Source: a virus (lineage: Duplodnaviria; Heunggongvirae; Uroviricota; Caudoviricetes). Taken from it: a stretch of 64,000 nt of DNA. The notes below the pieces were generated by a model. The model was not told the DNA's origin, made no database searches, and saw only the letters and a list, made by a program, of their open reading frames with translations. The translations under genes were made by a program, and so were the position numbers. Location: the IMG/VR virus record IMGVR_UViG_3300014208_000038; one strand, given 5' to 3'. This document shows, piece after piece, positions 28,084 to 35,788 of this stretch (positions within the stretch are counted from its first letter, which is position 1; every line of letters begins with the position of its first letter).

Positions 28084-28524
28084 ATGTCTAACGGAAAATT
28101 ACCTGATAAAATTGATTTAGATGAATGCGGTCCAGGAACTTGTGGACAAAACGCATATATAGATGAAACTAATTATGCAGAATGTGTTCCTTGGGCAGAT
28201 CCCCAAAAACTTCTAGTTTTGGGAGGCACAATTACTGGTGCTCCCTATGAATGGGAAGATTTTCTTGTTGAAAATAGTATAAAATATACAAAACATTCTA
28301 AATTAGTAATAGATTTAGAAGTAGATGAAGAAGAATACCAAGTTTTTGTAAAGAATTTTGGCACAGGATCTATGCTATTTAGTAGAGCCGGTGGTCAAGG
28401 TAGAATAACAAGAGCAGGATGGAAAGAGATGTATGGTGGCCAAGATGCTCTGAAAGGTATGATTATGAAAACCTTAAATAAAGAATTGTTCAATAAAGGA
28501 AAAGGTGGAATTAAATATGGATGA
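28084..28524 (+). CDS. hypothetical protein
   Basis: 146-aa ORF; last + strand gene before the strand switch. Confidence 0.4.
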   Translation: MSNGKLPDKIDLDECGPGTCGQNAYIDETNYAECVPWADPQKLLVLGGTITGAPYEWEDFLVENSIKYTKHSKLVIDLEVDEEEYQVFVKNFGTGSMLFSRAGGQGRITRAGWKEMYGGQDALKGMIMKTLNKELFNKGKGGIKYG

Positions 28525-28555
28525 TCCTACCCAATAAAAAAAATATATTTTTTTG

Positions 28556-28666
28556 CGGATAAAAATTAAATAATTTTTCTATAATTAGAAAAATTAAATA
28601 ATTTTTTCAGTTATAAAAAATCAAATAATTTTTCCAATTGTGGAAAAATTAAATAAAAAATTACTT
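28556..28666. repeat. four iteron-like direct repeats of AAAAATTAAATAATTTTT(C) at about 27-bp spacing, in the convergent intergenic region
   Basis: read directly at about 28561, 28589, 28616, 28643. Confidence 0.8.
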
Positions 28667-28675
28667 AGAATTTTT

Positions 28676-29113
28676 TTAAATAAAAAATTCTGCCATTATT
28701 TCTTTATTATCAAATAAATTTTCTATTTTATCTTTTATTACTAATCTTATTGAGTCATCTTCATAAATGTAAATTTCTGAAAAATATTCTTCAGGAAATA
28801 ATAATAGAAAATTAACAAAGGATCGGGGGAACCACACATCTTTTATATCATTTTTAACTATACAACAAGAACCCCAAGAATCTTCAGGTTCGGATGCAAT
28901 TAAATTATTATTATTATCATATATATTTAAAGAAGATGTAATAATTTTTGCAGTATATGTTTTTTCTATTCTACCTGTTGATCTAAATATGATTCCATTT
29001 TTATATGTGTCTTGTTCTTGATCTATTTTGCTATTAATACTGGTTAATTCTATTTTTGTAGCACTATTTTCGGTAAGAATACTAAATATGGTTACTAGTG
29101 CTTTAAGAGGCAT
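28676..29113 (-). CDS. hypothetical protein
   Basis: 145-aa minus-strand ORF in the only minus-strand block. Confidence 0.4.
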   Translation of the reverse strand: MPLKALVTIFSILTENSATKIELTSINSKIDQEQDTYKNGIIFRSTGRIEKTYTAKIITSSLNIYDNNNNLIASEPEDSWGSCCIVKNDIKDVWFPRSFVNFLLLFPEEYFSEIYIYEDDSIRLVIKDKIENLFDNKEIMAEFFI

Positions 29114-29242
29114 ATATAATTTACAAAAAATTTCTTTAGAAATAAAATCAACTCCTTAAATAATATAATATTTATTTAAGTATTTAAAGGTTTCTTTTAT
29201 AATTAGAAATCCTTTTATACTTATAAAAGATTATTTATATAG

Positions 29243-29725
29243 GTGATTAAAATAACTCAAATGGAATCTGCATTAGTTTCTGCGTTTAATTTTTTTTACT
29301 TTACATCAAAAATACAAGCTTTTGCTTTTAGATTAGACCAGGGTTTATATTATGGAGTTCAATTATCAGATTTTTTATCAGATTCATTAAATAGAGATTA
29401 TTATTTTGCTGTTGAAGCAAAATCTATAAATAGTTTTAAATATAAAACATTTAATTTTAAATCTAGGTTTTCTGAAGGGCAATTAGAAAGAGAAAAGAAA
29501 TATTGTGATTTAGTTGGAAGGCAACATTTTACGGCTATAGAATTAAGGGCTGGCCGTGGTGAAAAAAGATCTTGTCATTTTATAAAAAGTGAAAAGTTAT
29601 TAACTAAAATAAATAATGGAATTAAATCTATAAAAGTAGAAGATATAAAAAATTATCCGGGTCTACCTAGAGAAAAAGGAAAATACATAATCAACAAAAA
29701 AATATGGGCGAAGATTGTAGCATAA
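29243..29725 (+). CDS. hypothetical protein with possible PD-(D/E)xK nuclease motif
   Basis: ...RDYYFAVEAKS... fits D...E-x-K spacing of restriction-endonuclease-fold (Hjc-like) proteins; weak. Confidence 0.3.
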   Translation: MIKITQMESALVSAFNFFYFTSKIQAFAFRLDQGLYYGVQLSDFLSDSLNRDYYFAVEAKSINSFKYKTFNFKSRFSEGQLEREKKYCDLVGRQHFTAIELRAGRGEKRSCHFIKSEKLLTKINNGIKSIKVEDIKNYPGLPREKGKYIINKKIWAKIVA

Positions 29726-29758
29726 GATTTATAAACCCGTAAAGCTGTAGTAATTATT

Positions 29759-30079
29759 ATGATATCCTTTAGAAAACTTGGTAAAAACCCAATTGTCTAT
29801 GATTTTCCTATAGAGTTTAATTGTAAAAACCTTTATATGGGTTCTAAAGAGGGAGCAACTTTTAGTACAAGTATTCCTATATCCTCAAAAGAATGGAGAG
29901 TTAAATTTGGTAGAATACCTGAAGTAAGAGTTAAGGTAGAAAAAGCTAAAACTATATTCAATATTATTGATGATTATAGTCAAAAATATATTGTAGAAAT
30001 TAGTAATGAACACCAGAGTATTATTGAAGGAGCCATCCTTTCCGCAATAGACGATGATCTATTGAGGGGGAATTTTTAA
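29759..30079 (+). CDS. hypothetical protein
   Basis: 106-aa ORF. Confidence 0.35.
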   Translation: MISFRKLGKNPIVYDFPIEFNCKNLYMGSKEGATFSTSIPISSKEWRVKFGRIPEVRVKVEKAKTIFNIIDDYSQKYIVEISNEHQSIIEGAILSAIDDDLLRGNF

Positions 30080-30130
30080 ATGATTGCACTAGAATTAGTC
30101 CTTTAATGGGATGAGGAGGAATAAATAATA

Positions 30131-30913
30131 TTATTCTCCTATAAAAGAATCCATATTTTTTATTATTTCTTTTGGATTGTTATATAAGTTCTTCCATCTT
30201 ATTCTTATAAGTTCCCATCCCAAACTAATTAATAATTTATCTTTCTTTTTATCACTTTCTATTTGTTTTTTAGTAAGATGTTGATCTCCATCAATTTCTA
30301 TTGCTTTCATTTTTTCTTTCCAAGCAAAATCTATAGAATAACGACCAACAGAATATTCTCTAATATAGTTTTTATCTTTAAAATTATTTTTTATTGCCTT
30401 TATTACAAATTGTTCTGGATAAGAAGGTTCATTATTCCAACGACAAGATCCTATATTATGAGCCCTGCCTTCTGCATGAGCTTTTTTCATAGATTTTGAA
30501 ATTTTTATTTTTTGTTTACCACTTATAATAGGATGTGGATTTTTTAAATAATATTCTTTTTTTATTTTACTAAGGCTTAGGCATAAATTTTTTGTTTTTT
30601 CTTCTCCATAAAGTTCGTTATATGTTTTATCTTTATTGAAATTTGGTTTTCCTAATTTTATATATTTTATTTTTTTAGAATGTTCTTGACCAGAATAAAT
30701 ATGTACGCGCCATATATGAGTAGAAATTCCTTTTAAAGTAAATTCTTTTGAACAAATAGGGCAAAGATAAAATCCATTTTCTTGTATGCAATTTTTATTT
30801 ATTTCAAAATTTTTTATTTTTTTAATATTAGAATGAGATAAAATATGTTTTTTAATATTAGAATTACTTATTAATCTTTTACACTCTGGGCATTCTGTTT
30901 TATTTCTAATCAT
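30131..30913 (-). CDS. 2x C2H2 zinc finger + DUF559 (Vsr-like endonuclease fold) protein; putative site-specific/homing-type endonuclease
   Basis: CPECK...H...H and CPICS...H...H fingers; C-terminal YSVGRYSIDFAW...IEIDGDQH...LGWELIRIRW is the DUF559 signature. Confidence 0.6.
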   Translation of the reverse strand: MIRNKTECPECKRLISNSNIKKHILSHSNIKKIKNFEINKNCIQENGFYLCPICSKEFTLKGISTHIWRVHIYSGQEHSKKIKYIKLGKPNFNKDKTYNELYGEEKTKNLCLSLSKIKKEYYLKNPHPIISGKQKIKISKSMKKAHAEGRAHNIGSCRWNNEPSYPEQFVIKAIKNNFKDKNYIREYSVGRYSIDFAWKEKMKAIEIDGDQHLTKKQIESDKKKDKLLISLGWELIRIRWKNLYNNPKEIIKNMDSFIGE

Positions 30914-30932
30914 AAAAACTCTCTGAATTTAA

Positions 30933-31004
30933 TCTGTACTCCCGAAGTTGAATCGGGTTAATCTCGGTCTACAGCCGAGTGCATAACCGTTCTGCCAAGT
31001 ACAG
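30933..31004 (-). tRNA. tRNA-Tyr (anticodon GUA), 72 nt, C1:G72 pair
   Basis: manual fold: acceptor CTGTACT/AGTACAG, anticodon arm CTCGG-CTGTAGA-CCGAG, T-arm CCCGA-TTCAACT-TCGGG; C1:G72 is the archaeal/eukaryal Tyr identity pair; no encoded CCA. Confidence 0.7.
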
Positions 31005-31151
31005 TTTTTTGCCACCACAGATATTTCGATATACTAACAGCGTACTCGTCTTTTCTAGACTTATGGGTGTTGACTCCTTTTCCTGAAGCCGCAAGGGTAC
31101 TGATTTATATCGAGGTACTACTACCCTTTATTCCCTTCTATGGTGACAAAA

Positions 31152-31257
31152 TGGACAGTGAGGAACTCGAATCCCCGGCCTCCTGCTATTTTGTTTGACC
31201 TTTCCCCATTATGTCAAAAATGCAAAGCAGGCTATCTTCCAACTGATATAACTGCCC
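31152..31257 (-). tRNA. tRNA-Ala (anticodon UGC) with a 33-nt intron at position 37/38
   Basis: acceptor GGGCAGT/ACTGTCC with G3:U70; D-arm TATC-AGTTGGAA-GATA; anticodon stem CCTGC/GCAGG, loop TT-TGC-A | intron TTTTTGAC...GTCAAACAAAAT | A; T-arm GGGGA-TTCGAGT-TCCTC; followed by TTTT. Confidence 0.75.
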
Positions 31258-31295
31258 AAGAGCAGTGATTATGTGCCCAATATCCCTATCACCAA

Positions 31296-31369
31296 TGGGC
31301 TTGTTCGGATTTGAACCGAAGGCCAAGTGGTTCCAGACCACCTATGCTACCAGGCTACACTACAAACCC
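31296..31369 (-). tRNA. tRNA-Pro-like (anticodon UGG), unusual C33
   Basis: acceptor GGGTTTG/CAAGCCC, D-loop TAGCCTGGTAGC (archaeal/eukaryal style), anticodon arm GGTGG-TCTGGAA-CCACT, T-arm TTCGG-TTCAAAT-CCGAA; TTTATAG TATA-like box about 28 nt upstream. Confidence 0.6.
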
Positions 31370-31458
31370 ATATCTTAGTATATGGTTCTTCTATAAATAG
31401 TTTTCTCTTATGATTTCGGAGCGTTAACTATTTATCTTAGGCAACATAAGAATATATT
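31370..31458. promoter_or_regulatory. divergent promoter region: TATA-like boxes for the minus-strand tRNA cluster and the + strand ligase gene
   Basis: minus-strand AAAACTATTTATAGAAG about 28 nt upstream of tRNA-Pro 5' end; + strand ACTATTTATCTTAGG about 30 nt before ATG 31459 (no SD, leaderless-like). Confidence 0.45.
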
Positions 31459-32109
31459 ATGAAATACCCTCATACTCCATATTTTAGTTTTAGTCCAGCA
31501 GTAAGCGAGAAAGATAGAAACAGAAAGGATGTATATATTAATTTACAACATCTTCTTAATAAGCCTTTAGTATTTACTATTAAGATGGATGGTAGTAATT
31601 TAGGAATGACTAGAGAAAAAATATTTGCTAGGAATGGAATTGATGCCAGGCACAAATCGTTTGACTTAGCAAAGAGCCTTCATAACAGAATTAAGAAAGA
31701 AATTCCAGAAAATGAAATTTGGTATGGAGAGTGGTTGTATGCTAAACATTCTATTCATTATTCTGATCTAGAATCGTACTACCAATTATTTGCTATATAT
31801 TTTGTTGAAGAAGATTATTGGACTGGAGTTAATTGGATAAAGAATAGGGCAGAACTTCATGGACTGAAAACCGTGCCTTTGCTTACTAGAGGACCACAAT
31901 ACGGGGATGTTAAAACTTTGAAGCAGGTAATTCAACAGGAGGGAGACAGAGTAATTAAAATGGGTCAAGAAGGTATTGTGGTTAGAACCAAAGATGGGTT
32001 TTACGCAAAAGACTTAAATAAGTGTATAGCGAAATATGTTCGTGCAAATCATATTCAAACCGATGAGCATTGGAAAACACAGAAAATTGTGAAAAATTTA
32101 TTGAGGTGA
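31459..32109 (+). CDS. compact ATP-dependent polynucleotide ligase (KxDG nucleotidyltransferase), RNA/DNA ligase-like
   Basis: motif I TIKMDGSNLG (Lys-x-Asp-Gly), motif IV-like EWLYAKHS, motif V-like GIVVRTKDG...AKYVR; 216 aa. Confidence 0.6.
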   Translation: MKYPHTPYFSFSPAVSEKDRNRKDVYINLQHLLNKPLVFTIKMDGSNLGMTREKIFARNGIDARHKSFDLAKSLHNRIKKEIPENEIWYGEWLYAKHSIHYSDLESYYQLFAIYFVEEDYWTGVNWIKNRAELHGLKTVPLLTRGPQYGDVKTLKQVIQQEGDRVIKMGQEGIVVRTKDGFYAKDLNKCIAKYVRANHIQTDEHWKTQKIVKNLLR

Positions 32110-32264
32110 ACTAAAATGGTAGATTAAAAGAGGATAAATGAATTAGTTATAATGAAGATTATTTAACTTGGAATTCTTATTATAAAGAGTTCAGAGTAGC
32201 TATGGTTAACAAAGCAAGAGAGGCAAGAGAGATTTTAAAAAAAGAAAGAGGAGAGTGTTAGATT

Positions 32265-32750
32265 ATGGAACATTCGATTATAGATTATAGGGATCATACT
32301 AAAGAATATTTTAGAACTTTTATTGAACCTAAGGAAAATGGGGAAGGGTATATTTTCAATCCAAATAGCGGAGAAAATTATAAAGTCTTACAAAATTCCA
32401 TTCATCCTTACATAAAAAATTTAACAGAATATTTTGTTCAAAAAAGAACGGATATAGAATTAGAAAAATCTTATAGAAATGCAATGTTGAATCAAAAATT
32501 TTATGATTTTGATTTAGATTCTCATATTAGAGGATGTATGTCTATAGCAATGGATCAAGTGGATCATGATACAATGAGATATTATAGAAAAATTAGACAG
32601 ATTTATTCTACATTATATGCTAGTGAAAAAGTGCTTTTGTATGCAATCCTTTTAAACAAGAAGAATAGCTCAGAAAATATATGGCGATGGGCTGCCATAG
32701 GTGAATTGAAACATATTAAAAGAGTACTGGATGGGGAGGTTAAAAGATAA
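32265..32750 (+). CDS. hypothetical protein
   Basis: 161-aa ORF. Confidence 0.4.
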   Translation: MEHSIIDYRDHTKEYFRTFIEPKENGEGYIFNPNSGENYKVLQNSIHPYIKNLTEYFVQKRTDIELEKSYRNAMLNQKFYDFDLDSHIRGCMSIAMDQVDHDTMRYYRKIRQIYSTLYASEKVLLYAILLNKKNSSENIWRWAAIGELKHIKRVLDGEVKR

Positions 32751-33226
32751 TGAAAGAGAAATTTTTAGAATTATTGAGGTCAGAAAATGCAATTGCTCAT
32801 AGGAATTATCACGCTACTAAATCAATGGCAGAAGGAAAATCACATGCAGTAAATTATTGGTACACTAGAAATGTCTTTAGCAAAAAATTAATAGAACTTA
32901 TTAATAGTTATCTTCCAGATGAGGCAATTAATGATTTGTTTGCAGAATTAGTTTTTAATTTAATAAAAAAAGAATCTTATTCTATAAAAGGGAATTCTAC
33001 TGAACAGCAATCTAATTCTATTTATAGTTGTATAAAAGATGAGGATTATGAAGAATTTTATCCAGAGATATATCAAGGAGTTGCCGTTAGACATATTTGT
33101 ACGACAGAAGATTTATTTAATGCTATGGAAGGTAATTTGACTCTTTCTGCTAAAGAGTTGAATTATTATGCACAATTCTTTGATAGAGGATATCAATGGT
33201 GGCAAATAAAAAGATTACTCCACTAA
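32750..33226 (+). CDS. hypothetical protein
   Basis: 158-aa ORF, ATGA overlap. Confidence 0.4.
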   Translation: MKEKFLELLRSENAIAHRNYHATKSMAEGKSHAVNYWYTRNVFSKKLIELINSYLPDEAINDLFAELVFNLIKKESYSIKGNSTEQQSNSIYSCIKDEDYEEFYPEIYQGVAVRHICTTEDLFNAMEGNLTLSAKELNYYAQFFDRGYQWWQIKRLLH

Positions 33227-33262
33227 AAAGAGTTTTTTGGGAGTAATCTACTAAGAGAGGAG

Positions 33263-33450
33263 AGAACTTTATCTAGTAAGGGAAAGAGGAGGAAACCTTA
33301 CTAGATATTTATTACTATTGTATCGAACTTATATTTAAATCTTTCTATATTATAAAAATAAAGTTTAAAAATAGTGGTATCCTCTATAAATTTGTTGATG
33401 GGAGAGAGTTTAGAAACCTTTATCTAGGAGAACCTTCTAATATAAGGTTC
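33263..33450. promoter_or_regulatory. hairpin-rich intergenic region upstream of the primase-helicase gene (candidate origin/operator)
   Basis: perfect 11-bp inverted repeat ATCTAGTAAGG-(14 nt)-CCTTACTAGAT at about 33271-33306; 7-bp hairpin GAACCTT-(7)-AAGGTTC at about 33430-33450; direct repeat CTTTATCTAG x2. Confidence 0.5.
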
Positions 33451-33473
33451 CAGACATTTTTAGGTGATAAAAA

Positions 33474-35786
33474 TTGACTCAAAAAGAACTATCGATTGAA
33501 GAATTAAAATTTTTAAAAGAGAACAAAATAGACTTTGAAGGAGATTTAATTACAGAATACGTAGAAAGAGGTTATAATCTTTGCCCTGTAAGTAAAGGAA
33601 CTAAAGATCAATACCTATACAAATGGTCGTTGCTTCAAGAAAAAAAAGCAACTCTTCAACAAATTAATGGGTGGAGAGGAAAATATAACTCAGATTGGGT
33701 TCTTGTATGTGGAAAACAGAATGAGAACATTATTGTAATTGATTTTGATGATCCAGAAATTTATGAAAGGTATTTTTCTGAGTATAAGAAAATGTTATCT
33801 AGATCTCCTTCTGGAGGTTATCATCTCTATATTAAGGCCAAAAAACTTCCGGGTGCTATAAATGGATTTGGAGGATTTTTAATTGATATCAAAGGGGAAG
33901 GTTCCGTTTGCCACATTCCTCCATCAGAAGGTAATGATTGGATTTTCTTGGAGTCAGAACCTGATGAAATTGATATAAATATAGAAGATTGGATTCTATC
34001 TTTGCTCCCTTCTGGCAAAATAGAATCAAAATATAAGACAGGGGAAATTCCAGCAGATATTTTTAGTTATGCTAGAGAGAAACTTAAGGTAACTTTTGAG
34101 GATAAAAAAGGTAGATATCTTAAATGTACCTGTCCTTTTCATAGAGGCGGAAAAGAAACAGATGGTTCTTTAACTATATTTGCTCATGACCAAAAGTTTT
34201 GGTGTTTTTCCTGTCATAAAAAGGGAGGAATGTTTGAGCTAATAAAAGAATTTGAGTCAGGAATTACTGAAAATGAAATTTTAGAGCGATATGGTCTAAT
34301 CAAAGAACCTGGAACTATTGTTCAAAAAGTAATTAAGTTAGCTAGAGATAGTTGTAAATTTGTTAAAGATCAGAATAATACTACATATGCAGTTATTATA
34401 AAAAATCAATGTGATATGGATCAGAACATCTATGTTATTGATAGCCTTGGCTTCAGATGGTGGTTAGCTCATAATTATGAAGCTGTATATGAAGGGGCCT
34501 TACCTTCGGATAATCAAGCAAGTCAGGCAATGAAACATTTAGCTGGATTTGCTATTACAAAAGGAGAGAGAATTAGAAGTTTTAATAGAATTGGTGTCGG
34601 AAATAATTCTAAAGAAATATTTTATGATATCGGAGATGGTTCCTATCTTAAAATAGAACCTGATGATATAAATATTGTTAAATCAACAGATCTATTCTTT
34701 AGAAGAGAGAGTCATCAAGGGATACAGGTTTTGCCTCATAAATTTAACCCAATGGATACAATTAAATTATTTGATATTATAAATGTAAAAGAACAGAAGA
34801 GTAAACTGCTTTTAATTGCCTGGCTAGTGACTTCTCTGCTTCCCGATGAAGAACATCCTGTTTTATTACTTCATGGTTCGCAGGGTGCCGGTAAGTCTGT
34901 TGCTGCTAGGATCACAAAAAGGTTAATTGACCCAACCAGTTCAGAAAAGAATGAATTATCTAGGTTAAATGCTAAAGATTATGGGCAAATTACATTTACA
35001 TTAGCTCATAATTTTGTTACTATATTCGATAATATATCTTTTACTGATAAATCAATAGATGATATTCTTTGTTTGGGTGTAACTGGTGGATCAGAAATTA
35101 AAAGAGCCTTATTTACGAACTCAGAAACTGTGTCTACAGATATTAGCAGTACTATTATTCTAACAACTATCAACCCGGATTTGATCACAGCAGGAGATCT
35201 TGGAGATAGATCTATACAGATCGAATTAGATAGACCTGTAGGAAAGTTTTTAAACAGGAAATTTATTGATGCTCACTTTAATTCTGTCAAATCTGAGATT
35301 TTTGGTGGGCTGATTGCCTTGGTACAGCTTTATCTAGAGAAAAAAGAAGAGTTAGAAAAAGAACCATCTAGCTTTAGGATGACTACATATGCCGCTGTTG
35401 GAAAACTTGTAGCCGAAACACTTGGATTAGGAAGTTTTGAAGAGGCTTATCTAGCAGATCAGCTATATATTACTAGATCTGTGCTCGAAAATGAGCCTTT
35501 GTCTCAATTTGTTTATTATATGGCAGATCAACATCCTGATACTCCGTATTCTTTTACGGATCTTTTAGCTGAAATGCAAGATTGGGGCACTAAAACTGGA
35601 ATTAATACTACAATTGGCAAGGAATTTCCAACTGGTGCAAAAGGTATGTCTCAAAAACTAAAAAGATTAGAAGAAGATCTAAGGAGAAGTTGGAAGATTA
35701 AAACTACCAGATGTGATGTAAATAAGAGTAGAGGAATTATGTTTAGTAAACCGGGATCATCCGATATAAGAAGAGAGGAGGAATAA
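33474..35786 (+). CDS. primase-polymerase (prim-pol) / CHC2 zinc-finger / P-loop NTPase (D5-like helicase) fusion protein
   Basis: N-terminal prim-pol (IVIDFDD...SPSGGYHLYI), CHC2 finger CTCPFHRGGKETDGS...CFSCHKKG, Walker A HGSQGAGKSV; apparent TTG start. Confidence 0.75.
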   Translation: MTQKELSIEELKFLKENKIDFEGDLITEYVERGYNLCPVSKGTKDQYLYKWSLLQEKKATLQQINGWRGKYNSDWVLVCGKQNENIIVIDFDDPEIYERYFSEYKKMLSRSPSGGYHLYIKAKKLPGAINGFGGFLIDIKGEGSVCHIPPSEGNDWIFLESEPDEIDINIEDWILSLLPSGKIESKYKTGEIPADIFSYAREKLKVTFEDKKGRYLKCTCPFHRGGKETDGSLTIFAHDQKFWCFSCHKKGGMFELIKEFESGITENEILERYGLIKEPGTIVQKVIKLARDSCKFVKDQNNTTYAVIIKNQCDMDQNIYVIDSLGFRWWLAHNYEAVYEGALPSDNQASQAMKHLAGFAITKGERIRSFNRIGVGNNSKEIFYDIGDGSYLKIEPDDINIVKSTDLFFRRESHQGIQVLPHKFNPMDTIKLFDIINVKEQKSKLLLIAWLVTSLLPDEEHPVLLLHGSQGAGKSVAARITKRLIDPTSSEKNELSRLNAKDYGQITFTLAHNFVTIFDNISFTDKSIDDILCLGVTGGSEIKRALFTNSETVSTDISSTIILTTINPDLITAGDLGDRSIQIELDRPVGKFLNRKFIDAHFNSVKSEIFGGLIALVQLYLEKKEELEKEPSSFRMTTYAAVGKLVAETLGLGSFEEAYLADQLYITRSVLENEPLSQFVYYMADQHPDTPYSFTDLLAEMQDWGTKTGINTTIGKEFPTGAKGMSQKLKRLEEDLRRSWKIKTTRCDVNKSRGIMFSKPGSSDIRREEE

Positions 35787-35788
35787 AT

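Noticed and set aside
28556-28666. Possible CRISPR or mini-array
   Set aside because: The repeats are about 18 bp, AT-only and degenerate, and the spacers are about 9 bp; this is iteron-like, not CRISPR architecture.
31005-31151. Fourth tRNA or structured RNA in the 147-nt spacer between tRNA-Tyr and tRNA-Ala
   Set aside because: Searched both strands for acceptor/T-arm pairings and box C/D motifs; only a short GGGTA...TACCC hairpin was found, nothing tRNA-like. It may be a leader or processing spacer; left unannotated.
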